NCBI RefSeq assembly: GCF_009914755.1 | Contig: NC_060928.1 | Source of the DNA: the human T2T-CHM13v2.0 reference genome, Homo sapiens | Strand: one strand, 5' to 3' | DNA: 64,000 nucleotides | Part shown: in pieces, positions 1-14,580 of the stretch | How positions within the stretch are numbered: the first letter of the stretch is position 1 | How the letters are laid out: every line of letters starts with the position of its first letter | Translations under genes and position numbers: made by a program | The notes under the pieces: model-generated | The model's input: only the letters and a program-made list of their open reading frames with translations | Database searches by the model: none | Told to the model about the DNA's origin: nothing

Positions 1-184
1 GATCTTGAATAAATGGAAAAACTTAGATTAAAAAACTGTTAATAAATTGCCATGTTAAAATGAAGTAAAAGTGTTTGTCATATCTAAATAGTTGGAGAAT
101 AACCTTAAACATTTTGCACTCAAAGATTTTGTAAAAATCTAGACTTTCCTGAGAATGATGGTTCAAAACATATAAAAATGCATA

Positions 185-438
185 GAAAACCAAACACCAC
201 ATGTTCTCACTCATAAGTTGGCGTTGAACAATGAGAACACATGGACACGGGAGGGGAACATCACACACCCGGCCTGTCAGGGGGTCGGGGGCTAGGGGAG
301 GGGTAGCATTAGGAGAAATACCTAATGTAGATGATGAGTTGATGGGTGCAGCAAACCACCATGGCACGTGTATACCTATGTAACAAACCTGCATGTTCTG
401 CACATGTATCCCAGAACTTAAAGTATAGTTAAAAAAAA
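185..438 (+). mobile_element. L1PA (PA7/PA8-like) 3' end, 5'-truncated
   Basis: Typical L1PA 3' UTR and A-tail; TSD AAAAATGC(A/T)TA at 174-184 and 434-444. Confidence 0.85.
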
Positions 439-1035
439 TGCTTACTTAGATGAATTAGTCAATATTCATGGTACAGTGGTAATTGGAGTTTTTATACTTG
501 AAATTTAAAAACTAAATTTGAGCTTAAGTTCCCTTTGCAACTTCCATCTATTCAAAAAATACCATTTGAGATTGTGATTTTGTTTGTGAAATAATACAAA
601 GTGAAACAAAATAATTCCAAGGCAAGTTTTACACTTGTCCAGGAAAGTTATTCACCAAAATTTGTTCTTAAGACAAAACATAGAATCAAACTGAATGTAT
701 TTGGCCATATTAAGGTTTACATTAATCAAAAATTTATTGAATACCTGTTGTTTATGTTAACCTGAGATTTACTAATGACTTTGAAATTGTAAAAACTTAA
801 ACATTTTAGACAATTAAAAAAATGAAGAAGTTGGAATACGAAAGGACTGGCAGTGAGCATTGAAGCCAGTTAAACAAATTTACATGTTGTTATCAACATG
901 TTTATAAAACAGCACAAACATGATTTTTAAAAGAGAAAACATGAAATGCAAAAAATATAATATTTGAACAATAGCCTTAGTCCCTAAACCCCAGTTTTCA
1001 GAGACTGGAAATTGGGAGGGCCTCAGAAAGTCAAT

Positions 1036-1455
1036 TAGTGAATGGATAAACAAGCTGTGGTATCTTTATAGAACAATGAAATACTACTCAGCAATGAAAA
1101 GGAATGATATACTGACACTTGAAACATGGAGGAACCATGGAGGAACCTCAAATGAATTATGCTAAGTGGAAGAAGCCAGACTCAAAAGGCTACACACTGT
1201 ATGACTCCGTTCGTATAACATTTTGGAAAAGGCAGTGCTATAGAGGAGAACAGACCAATGGTTCTCAGGAGCAGGGAAGGATTTGACTACAAAGGGGTTG
1301 AGTTTTTGGAGAGTGATGAAACTCTACTGTATCATAGTCATGGCAATGGTGGTTACAGGACTTTATGAATTTGTCAAAACTCATAGAACTATACACCAAA
1401 AAGACTGTGTTTTACTATATCTGGATACGAAATAAATTTAAAATAATAAAAAAAA
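1036..1455 (+). mobile_element. Old L1M 3'-end fragment
   Basis: TGAATGGATAAACAAGCTGTGGTAT...TACTACTCAGCAATGAAAAGGAATGA motif and an A-rich end. Confidence 0.7.
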
Positions 1456-1809
1456 CCCTTAAATCTATTGTCATCAGACTTTGAACAAAATTTAAGGTCT
1501 TTATTATATCCTCTAGGACACTGTACAATTTGGCTACAGTCTACTCTTAATTTTATATATGAAAAACAATGGCACTTCCAACATGGGGGGAAATCTCTTT
1601 TAAATCTCATTCACGAAAAGACATGAATTAAAGTCCTAACTATTAAAGAAAAAAGTATAATAAAAGCACTACAAAATATACAAGATTTTTTTTATTAACT
1701 TGGAATAGGGAAAGCATACTTGAATCAGACAAAGTTGGTAAAAGAAATAAAGGAAACTATTGAGAAATTTTATTGGATCAAAATTTAAAACTTCTGAATG
1801 AAAAGTCAT

Positions 1810-1834
1810 GATAGATATAGATAGACAGGTAGAT

Positions 1835-1884
<50 letters not shown>
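1810..1884 (+). repeat. (GATA)n tetranucleotide STR, 12 perfect units at 1835-1882
   Basis: Counted directly from the sequence. Confidence 0.95.
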
Positions 1885-3439
1885 GTTAAAATAAGAGACA
1901 GGGAGCAAAAGCAGAAACATTTTTTTACATCCTAGCAACACTAAACTGATTTTCATTCCTCCTAAATGTTCTCTCTTGCTTCTGCCTCACTTCTTATGCT
2001 CTTCTTTCTGTGCGGAATGCCCTTCTCTCCTCCGTGTTTGGCCAACTCCTATTCACCCCTGAGACTCAGAGGAGATGTCGCCTTCCCCATTCTTCCTCCC
2101 TAACTATTCCTCCCTACCCTGCCCCCAGGGTGGTTAGACACTTTTTCAGTGATTCCATATTTCCTGCACAAGTCCCTTCTATTGCACTTCCCCACTGTTT
2201 TGTAATTGTTAATTTTGCATTTATATCCTCTGATAGATTGGGAGATTCTTTGAGGATCAGAATGCTACATCAACGTATTTCCTGTGTCTTCCACTTGTCT
2301 GACACACATAAGCACAATGTGTATTTTAAATGAACTAATTTATGTGCATAACTAACTTGACTGGGGCCAGCTAGCAGGGCAACTAAGTGCCCTTTCTCCT
2401 TTAGATCATGTGTTCCAGGCATGTCCTTAACAACTGGCAACCACTGTTTCAGAGATTCTTGGCTCCAATCCTCTTCAGCACATTAGATTCATTTTATTTC
2501 ATAAGTTGCTTTAGAATCCATATTGTGACATGTATACTTTGTCATATATGGTCTTAATTTTAATCAGCTAAATAACTTAGGTCCTTAAATTTCAAACAGT
2601 CCTTTAAGTACTGACCAAAACTTTTACCAGTATATAATTTTTCATGGTTTGGGGGTGCCAGCCTGGAAATGAGTACTTAGAGTTGCTACTATATAGACAT
2701 TTATTACTTGTAGAAGTTTCTATGAATATAATGAAAAGGAACAGAAAACTCTAGGCTCAGGAAAGTAGGAGAAAACGTTCCTTTTCTAGTACCTTTTTTA
2801 AACTCCAGATTATCAAGCTCCAAGTTTCTCCAAAGGAATCCTCTGCCCTGTAAGTTTTATGTTCTGAGTTTCAGAAGAGTTATACATAGCTATTCTCTTT
2901 GGGAATTTAAGCTTGCCTCTTCTAGTGAAAATTCAACTAAAAAAATCAAACAGTGAATTTTCAGTATGAGGCATTGTCACTGTCCATGAGAACAGTGTTT
3001 CACAGAAGCTGAAAGAAGGGTAGGAGAAGATGATTGAAATGTTTCGTATCTCTGTTGGGCCTGAAAATACTCTCTTCCCTCCACCACGCTCCTAAGATGA
3101 AAATTTAGACTAGCCCCTCACCCGGCCTGCTCTCCTGCCCCCAGAGCCAGTTAAGGCACCACTAGAATCTGGTCATCCTCTGAGGCTGGATTCTAAAACT
3201 TTACATAAAATAAACATATGTAATGACTTGGAATCACTTACTATTTTCAATCCCCTGTATAGCTTTTAAAAGAGGGATCCCCTCCATCCCTCTGTTTAGT
3301 TATGATTAGGGTTAATCTAATTGATGATTGAGTATATAATCCTGTCCTCATTTATAACAGGATTTTTGTTAACTGTGTTTACTTCATGTTTATTTCATCC
3401 TTTAGCATAGTGCTTTATACATGTAGGAGCTCAATATAA

Positions 3440-4960
<1,521 letters not shown>

Positions 4961-5299
4961 TGTTGCCAAGGGGTTTGTTTCAAATAGCTGTTCATAAAGT
5001 TTTGAGTAGGTGCCTGTAAATTCAGGAGGTGATCAGAAATGTAGACCTGATCCAAAGAAACTAGTTAAGAGAATAAAGTAATAAAACAGGTATACTGCGT
5101 GTGTTGCTGCACATCCTGGGACCTTTGCCTTCCCAGTGTGTCAGCTCACCCACCTGCGAGTCCCTCCTCCTGTGGGTGAGGACTGCCCCGCTGAGCTCAG
5201 AAGTATGCAGTGAAGGGTTCTGCAGCCAGTAAGTACCACCTTCACCCCAGGCCAGGCAAATCCCTAGGGTCTCAGCCCTGGCATATCGATGACACGGGA

Positions 5300-5535
5300 G
5301 GCGGTATGTTTCAGTGGAAAGTCTTGGGCTTTGGAATCAAAAAGGCTTGAATTTGAACCTTGGCTTTACTGCCTGCTTGCTAGATGAGATTGGGCAAGTT
5401 CCTTACTTTTCCCCTTTTGTCAAATGGGAATAATAAATATTAGCCTAGGAGGATTGTTACAAGAATAAGAAATAATATATTGAACATAATTTTCTTGATG
5501 TACATTGCATACACACTAAATGGAAGCTATTATTA
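5300..5535 (+). mobile_element. MIR
   Basis: MIR core-like text (GGGCAAGTT...GTCAAATGGGAATAATA...GATTGTT). Confidence 0.6.
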
Positions 5536-6466
5536 TTACTATAGACAGAAAGTAAGGGCTATTGTCAAATTCAAAGCTTTCTGCTAGAACTATGGAGGGA
5601 AATGAACAAAGATGTAGACAAGATCAATATGAATGATCAGTGAAAGCTCTAGTAGTGGAACATCAGGACAAACTAAAGCCCAGGAAAACTCAAATACTAA
5701 GAAGATTTAGGGGATTATTGGCCCCTTACTCTTCTTATCTTCCTGGAAACCTACAGAAGACTTTCTTAGAGGCTTCCTAGCAGTGATCCTACTGCCTCTT
5801 GGGACACCTGACCTTATTGGATGAGGACACTTGCCAGTGGAACTGCCTGACCTTCATGAGTGCTGGCTCTACAAATCTGTCTCCTTGAGGCCAAGGGCTG
5901 TCCAGCTGTTTCTGAATCTCAGAGAGGATGGGACGTGAGAAGCCCTGATACTCAGGCTCCATATGGTGTGGCAACTGTGGCAAAGTTTAAAAAAAATCCT
6001 TTTGGGATTTCTACTTGAACTTGCTAAATAAGCACCACCAATATTGACCTTGAGGGAATGAGGAAAAGTCTGTTTTCATATGGATTGACCATCACCATTT
6101 GTTGGGAAGACTGAACTTTCTCCAATGCTCTTCATTGCAACTTTTGTACTAAATCAAACGTTTTATGTATGTGTCTGTTTCGAGCTCTTCAATCTATTCT
6201 ATTGGTCTGTTTCACCTGTGCCAATTCCACATTGTCTTAATTATTACAACTTAAATATAAGGTTTAGTATTCAGTAGTTCTCGAACTCTGCTCTTTAAGA
6301 CTGCCTTGGCTATTCTAGGCTATTGCCCTATTAATTTTAGAACCAGGTTTATTTCCACTAAAACAAAACGAAACGGAAGTTTGACTGGAGTTTTGTCTAT
6401 AGATTCATTAGGAGAAAATGGACATCTTTATAATATTGAGCCTTCCAATCCATGAATGTAATATAT

Positions 6467-7004
6467 TGTCAGGTTCATGACTACGCCAAATGTCATATTG
6501 AGGTCCGAAGGGAGTGGGTGGATGAGCAGAAAGAACACTCAGGAGGCTGTGGGCAGGTGAAAGATGAATTTACTCAGCAGCAGCTCTCATCAACAGCTTT
6601 CTCACACTGTCTGCCCTGTCTCAGCTGCTTAGTCCCGCAGCTCCCACATAGCTGCGTGCATGGCCAGCTCTCCCTTGCCTTCAGGGTCAGCAGCTTAACT
6701 CTTTCTCTCTTTGGGCATGAGTGAGCAGAGCTGTGTTCTGACTCCCCTATGTGTATCTGCAAAGACCGACAGCTTTGGCTCTCTCTTTCTCTTGGCATCA
6801 GCGCCTGTGCAGTGTCAGCAGGGCAATTATACCTTTTACAGACAATAGTGGCATAGGATCGAGAGATGGCCTTCCCATGTTATGGCTACATGGCTGTGAT
6901 AACAAGTGGAGTTATACGCCTGCACTCTAAACTCCCTGAGTAACTCTGGCCCGGGTGTCTGCGTCAGCCTATTCCTTGATCAAAGCACAGCCGTTTTCCT
7001 TAAA
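6467..7004 (-). mobile_element. Solo LTR, ERVL LTR18-like, inserted in an old L1M
   Basis: About 540 bp with TG...(C>A)A ends; 5-bp TSD TATAT at 6462-6466 and 7005-7009; minus-strand start TAAGGAAAACGGCTGTGCTTTG resembles LTR18 (recalled). Confidence 0.7.
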
Positions 7005-7075
7005 TATATTCTCCCATTTGTGTAAGTTTTCTTTACCTTCCTTCAAAACCATTTTGTAATTATCAGTGTAGAGGT

Positions 7076-7323
7076 TTTTTGTTTTTTGAGGTTTTTTTGA
7101 GACAAGGTCTCACTCTGTTGCCCAGGTTGGAGGGCGGTGGTGGCGATCACAGCTCACTGCAACCTCCACCTGCTAGGCTCAGGTGATCCTCTTCAGTCTA
7201 CAAAGTAGCTGGGACTACAGGTGTGCACCACCAACCCCGGCTAATTTTGCGTTTTTTGTAGAGATGCCATGTTTCCCAGGCTATTCTTGAACTGCTGGGT
7301 TCAAGCGATCCTCCCAACTTGGC
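7076..7323 (-). mobile_element. AluJ
   Basis: Diverged Alu with a T-rich tail on the plus strand. Confidence 0.8.
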
Positions 7324-7634
7324 TGGGAGTGTCTTAACACATATTTTGTTAAATTTATTTTGAGATTTATGTTTCTGGACGCTTCTGTAGGTGGTATGGC
7401 TTTCAAAGTTTCTTTGCTAGTTTGTTTCTGGTGTAAATAACTAAAATAAATTTTGTGTATTGATTATATTCAGCCACCATCTAAATCCCCTTATTAATTT
7501 CAATAGCTTTTGGATTATTTGGCTACACCATCATATCGTCTACAAAGAGTGACCGTTTTGTTTCTCCTTCTTCTTTTTTAATCCTTACAATGTTATTTGT
7601 TTCTCTTGAATTCTTGCCCCAGCTAGGACCTTTA

Positions 7635-8597
7635 GTAAGTTTGTGCAAACATAATCACAGTTTTTGCATTGTTGACATTTGCCGTTTGATATTGGAATAA
7701 TTCTTAAATAAATGGGGTTATGTTATATATCATTTTAATGCGCATTTCTCACTTTATGTTGTTTTGCTAATGACTTATTACTTGCTGTTTATTTTATGTT
7801 TATTTTAGACTATGGAAATGATGTTATACAAAAAGCAAATTCAAGTGATTTTCTTATTTGAGCTCAAAATGGTCATAAAGCAGTGGAGACAACTCGCAAC
7901 ATCAGCAATGCATTTGGAACTGCTAATGAACATACAGTGCAGTGGTGGCTCAAGAAGTTTTGCAAAGGAGATGAGACAGTTGAAGATAGGGAGCATAGTG
8001 GCCAGCCATCGAATGTTGACAATAACCAATTGAGAGCAATCATCGAAGCTGATCCTCTTACAACTACACCAGAAGTTGCCAAAGAAAGCAACGTTGACCA
8101 TTCTATGGTTGTTCAGCATTTGAAGCAAATTGGAAAGGTGAAAAAGCTCGATAAGTGGGTGCCTCAGTGAGATGCACCGAAAACTCCAACACTTGCAGCG
8201 GGCATTGGTCAACAGAAAGGGCCCAATTCTTCCCCAGGACAATGCCCGACCACACATCACACAACCAACGCTTCAAAAGTTGAACGAATTGGGCTATGAA
8301 GTTTTGCCTGATCTGCCATATTCACCCGATCTCTCACCAACGGACTACCACTTCTTCAAGCATTTCAATGACTTTTTGCAGGGAAAATACTTCACAACCA
8401 GCAGGATGCAGAAAATGCTTTCCAAGAGTTTGTCAAATCCTGAAGCACAGATTTTTTATGCTAGAGGAATAAACAAATTTCTTGTTGGCAAAAGTGTGTT
8501 GTTTGCAATCGTTTCTATTCTGATTAATAAAGATGAGCCTAGTTATAAGGATTTAAAATTCACAGTCTACAGCTGCAATTACTTTTGCACCAACCAA
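7635..8597 (+). mobile_element. Hsmar1 mariner transposon, internally deleted, with a frameshifted transposase pseudogene
   Basis: Both TIRs flanked by TA (7633-34, 8598-99); MEMMLYKKQI start, KKLDKWVP, QDNARPH and YSPDLSPTDYHFF motifs. Confidence 0.93.
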
Positions 8598-11073
8598 TAA
8601 TATTAAAGAGAAGTGGTGATAGAGGTCAACCTTGTCTATGTCTTAGGAGAAAGGTGTTTAATATTTCACCAGGTGTTGGAGAAGAGATTCTACATAAGCC
8701 AATTAGGTCAAGCTTTTATTTTAATGAAAATATTTTTTGATGTCAACTTTCAGGTTCAGAGGGTACATATGCCTTGGTTATCTGTACACCTCCTTGGTTA
8801 TCTGTATTCCTAGATATTTTGTGTGTGTGTTTGTGTGTGTGTGTGTGTTTACTGTCAATGGAATTGCATTTTGATTGCTCTCAACTTGAATACCATTGAT
8901 GTATAGAAATACAACTGATTTTTGTACATTGATTTTGTATCCTAAAACTTTACTGAAGTCATTTATCAATTTTGGGACCCTTTTGGCAGTATCTTTAGGG
9001 TTTCATAGGTATACAATCATATCATTAGCAAAGGGAAAATTGGCTTCTTCTTTTCCTATTTGGATGCCTTTTCTTCCTTTCTCTTGCCTGATTGCTCTGG
9101 CTAGGACTTCCAGTACCACGTTAAGTAGGAGTGGAGGTAGTGGGCATCCTTGTCTTGTTCTAGTTCTCAAGGAGAATGCTTCCAGTTTTTGCTTATTCAG
9201 TATAATGTTGGCTGTGTTTGTCATAGATGGCTCTTATTAGTTTGAGGTATGTTCTCTTGAAGCCTAGTTTGTTGAGGGTTTTTATCATGAATGGATGTCA
9301 GATTTTATCAAAAGCTTTTTCTGCATCTGTTGAGATGATCATATGGTTTTTATTTTTAATTCTGTTTATGTGGTGAAACACATTTATTGATTTGCATATG
9401 TGTTGAACTAACCCTGTATCCTAGGAATAAAGCCCACTTGATTATGGCCAATTAATTTTTTGTCGTGTTTCTGGATTTGGTTGAGGATTTTTGCATCTGT
9501 GTTCAGCAGGGATATTGGCCTGTATTTTTCTTTTTTAGTTGTGTCTTTGACATATTTTAGTATCAGAGTCATGGTGGCTTTGTAGAATGAGTTGAGGAGG
9601 AGTTTCTTCTCCTCAATTATTTGGTATAGTATCAGTAGGATTAGTGCCAGCTCTTCTTTGTATGTCTGGTAGAATTCAGCTGTGAATTCATCTGGTCCAA
9701 GGCTCTTTTTGGTTGCTGGGTTTTTTATTTGATTCAATTTCAGAACTCAGTGTTGGTCTGTTCAGGGTTTTGATTTCTTCCTGATTCAGCCTTGGGAGGT
9801 TGTGTGTTTCCAGGAATTTATCCACTTCCCCTAAATTTTCTAGTTTGTGTGCAGAAAGGTGGTCATAATAGTCTCTGAGTATCTTTTGTATTTCTGTGAG
9901 ATCAGTCATAATGACACCTTTGTCGTTTCTGAGTGTGCGTATTTGGATCTTCTCTCTTTTTTATTTGATTATCTAGCTAGTGGTCTATTGATCTTGTTTA
10001 TCCTTTCAAAAAACCAGCTTTTAGTTTTGTTGATCCTTTGTATAGATTTTGGGGTCTCAACTGTACTCAGTTCTGCTCTGATTTTAGTTATTTCTTTTCT
10101 TCTACTAGATTTGGGGTTAGTTCTTATTATTCCAGTTCCTCTAGGTTCAATATTACACTGTTAATTTGAGATCTTTCTAACTCCTTGATGCAGGCCTTTA
10201 TAGCTATAAATTTTCCTTCTAACACTGCTTTTGCTGCATCTCAGAGATGTTGGTATGTTATGCTTCTGTTTCCATTTATTTCAAAGCATTTTTTGATTTC
10301 TGCCTTAATTTCATTGTTTACCCAAAAGTCATTCATGAGTAAGTCATTTAATTTCCATGTAACTCTGTGGTTTTGAGAGATCTTCTGGTATTGATTAGTA
10401 TTACTATTCCACTATGATTTGAAAGTATGGTTGGTATGATTTCAACTTTTTTGAATCCATTGAGACTTGCTTTATGGCTGATCATGTGGTTGATCTTAGA
10501 GTATGTTCTGTGTGCAGATGAGAAGAATGTATATTCTCTGGTTGATGGGTTGTGTGTTCTGTAGGTGTCTGTTAAGTCCTGTTGTTCAAGTGTCAAAATT
10601 AAGTCCAGAATTTCTGTTAGTTTTCTGCCTCAATGATCTGTCTAACACAATCCAGTGGGATGTTGAAGTCCCCCACTATTATAGTGTGGCTGTCTATGTC
10701 TTTTCATAGGTCTAAAAGTACTTGTTTTATGAATCTGGGTGCTCCAATGTTGGGTGCATATATGTTTAGGATAGTTACGTCTTCTTGTAGAATTGAACCC
10801 TTTATCATTATTTAATGCCCTTTGTTGACCTTTTTGATCATTGTTTGTTTAAAGTCTGTTTTATCAATATTAAGAATGGCAACCTCTGCTCTTTTTTGTT
10901 TTCCATTTGTGTGATAGATCTTTCTTCAACCCTTTACTTTGAGCCCTGGGTATCATTACATATGAGATGGATCTCTTGAAGACACATGGGACTTGTTTAT
11001 CTAACTTGCCACTCTGTACCTTTTAAGTGGGGTGTTAAGACCATTTACATTCAAGGGTAATATTGATAAGTGA

Positions 11074-11421
<348 letters not shown>

Positions 11422-12277
11422 TAGCCGGTTGTTTTGTAGACTTGATGGTGTAGTTGCTTCATAGGTTCTGTGGTTATACACTTGTGTGTTTTTGTGGTAC
11501 CAGATTTATTCTTTCATTTCCATCTTTAGAACTTTCTTAAGGACCTCTGATAAGGCTAGTTTAGTGTTAACAAATTCCCTTAGAGTTTACTTGTTTGGAA
11601 AGGATTTTATTTCTCCTTCGCTTATTAAGCTGAGTTTGGTGGAATATTAAATTCTTGGTTGGAATTTCTTTTCATTGAGAATGCTAAAAATGAGGCCCCC
11701 AATCTCTTCTGGCTTGTAAGGTTTCTGCTGAGAAGTCCTCTTTTAGCCTGATGAGGTTCCTATTGTATGTGATCTGACCTTTTGCTCTAGCTGCCTTAAA
11801 GAATTTTTCTTTAGGGTTGAACTTAGTCTCTGTCTATATGCCTTGGTGATGCTCATTTTGTATATTATCTGGCAGGTGTCCTCTGGATTTCTTGTATCTG
11901 GATGTCTACCTCTTTAACAAGATTAGGGAATTTTCTTGAATTATTTCCTCAGATATGTTTTCCAGGTTGTTTATTTTTTCTCCTTCTCTCATAGGAATGC
12001 CAATAATTTGCAGGTTTCATTGCTTTATATAATCCCATCTTTCTTGGAGACTTGGTTAATTTTTTAATGTTCTTTTGTCTTTATTTTTGTCCAGCTGGGT
12101 TAGTTTGAAAGACCAGTCTTCAAGCTCTGAAATTCTTTCTTCTACTTCATGCAGCCTTTTGTTAATGCTTTCCATTATATTTTGAAATTTCTTAAATGAG
12201 TTTCTCAGTTCCAGTAGCTGTGATTGATTTCTTCTTAAGATGTTTATCTCTTCTTTCGTTTCCTGCATTGCTTTTGA

Positions 12278-12611
<334 letters not shown>

Positions 12612-13231
12612 TGAATTATTTATCTGTCATTTCTGGGTTTTCATTTTGATTAGGGGCCATTGCTGGAGACATAGTGATACTTTGGTGGTACCTCAACATT
12701 CAGGTTTTTCATGATGCCAGAATTCTTACACTGGTTCCTTCTCATCTGGAGAGGAGTGGATTGGGTAGAGTCTTTGGGCTTTGTTTCTATAGCCCTATGC
12801 ACTTCTATTGGCGGATTTTATATTGGGCTGTGTGGTTTGCCCTACAGGCCAGTAGATGGTGCTTGTGGGTAAGAGTCAGCTGCAGCACAAGCAGGTAGGT
12901 GTGTACCTGTTCTTTGTTTACTGTGAGGTGCTCTCTGTTGTTTCAGGTGAAGGACTAGACAGTGGAGTGCCTGGTGCTCTGAGCTTCCTGTTCTGTGGGA
13001 GTGGGGAAACACAGCTGGGCAGAGATTGAGGCCCTGATTTGCCCATGAATACCCCAGTGGCAAGTGCAGGCACCAGCCCTGCTGAGGGTGGCTGGGAGGA
13101 GCTCCTGGTGAAGTGCCTGGAGCCTCTGAGAGGGGGTAAGGGTGGTGTACCTGCTCCCCATCCTAGGTAGGCAGGAACTTGATTCGTTTCCCTATCACAC
13201 CCCTGTTACAGGGCTTCTGATTCATAGTTTA

Positions 13232-14326
13232 TTTATTTATATTAAAATTTTGTTATTTTAATAGTTTTTGGGGAATAGGTGATTTTTTATTACATGGAGA
13301 GTTCTTAAGTGGTGATTTCTGAGATTTTGGGGCACTTGTCATCCGAGCAGTGTACACTGTGCCATTAGTCTTTTATGCCTCATCCCCCCCACCCTTCTCC
13401 TTGAGTCTCCAAGGTCCATCATATCATTCTTATGCCTTTGCATCCTCATAGTTTAGTCCCTACTTATAAATGAGAACATACGATATTTGATTTTCCATTT
13501 TTTAGTTACTCTACTTAGAATAATGGTCTCCAACGCCGTAGAAGTTGCCGCAATTGCCATTATTTCATTTCTTTTTATGGCTGAGAGGTATTTTATGGTG
13601 TATATATACTGCATTTTTTTTAATCTACTCATTGGTTGATGGACATTTAGGTTGGCTCCATATTTTTGCAATTACAAATTGTGCTGCTGTAAATATGAAT
13701 GTGCAAGTGTCATTTTCATATAATGACTTCTTTTCCTTGCTGGATCAAATGGTAGTTCTACTTTTAAATTTTTAAGGAATCTCCATACTGTTTTCCATAG
13801 TGGTTGTACTAATTTACATTTCCCTCATCAGTGTAAAAGTGTTCCCTTTTCACCACATCCACACCAGCATCTATTATTTTATGATTTTTAAATTATGGTC
13901 ATTCTTGTAGGAGTAAGGTGGTATCACATTGTGATTTTAATTTGCATTTTTCTGATAGTTAGTGATGTTGAGCATTTTTTCTTATGTTTGTGGGCCATTT
14001 GTATATCTTCTTTTGAGAATTGTCTATCCATGTCCTTTTCCCACTTTTTGATGGAATTTTTTTTTCTTGCTAATTTGTTTGAGTTCCTTATAGATTCTGG
14101 ATTTTAGTCTTTTGTCGAATGCATTGTTTGTGAATATTTTCTTCCACTCTATGAGTTGTCTATTTACTCCGTGGATTATTTCTTTTGCTGTGCAGAAGCT
14201 TTTTAGTTTAATTAGATCCCATTTATTTATTTTTGTTTTTGTTGCATTTGCTTTTGGGTTCTTGGTCATCAATTCTTTGCATAAGCCAATGTACAGAAGT
14301 GTTTTTCTGATGTTATCTTCAAGATT
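13232..14326 (-). mobile_element. L1PB-like element, 3' UTR and ORF2 C-terminal part
   Basis: GTTTTTGGGGAATAGGTG...GTGGTGATTTCTGAGATTTTG 3' UTR; [15 protein letters not shown] peptide. Confidence 0.8.
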
Positions 14327-14580
14327 GTGCAGTGGCACTATCTTGGCTCACTGCAACCTCTGCCTCCTGGGTTCAAGTGATTCTCCTGCCTCAGCCTCCC
14401 GAGTAGCTGGGACTACAGGCACCTGCCACCACTCCTGGCAATTTTTTTTTTCTGTATTTTTAGTAGAGATGGGGTTTCTCCCTGTTGGCCAGGATGGTCT
14501 CCATCTCTTGACCTCATGATCCACCCCCCCTCGGCCTCCCAAAGTGCTGAGATTACAGGCATGAACCACCATGCCCGGCC
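14327..14580 (-). mobile_element. AluSc-like, lacking its 3' end and tail
   Basis: Alu text starts abruptly at GTGCAGTGGC directly against L1 ORF2. Confidence 0.85.

Noticed and set aside
1126-1147. CATGGAGGAAC tandem duplication
   Set aside because: Simple slippage inside an old L1M; no functional context
7812-8600. Functional transposase or a SETMAR copy
   Set aside because: Frameshifts, deletion of the first catalytic Asp region, and no SET domain exon
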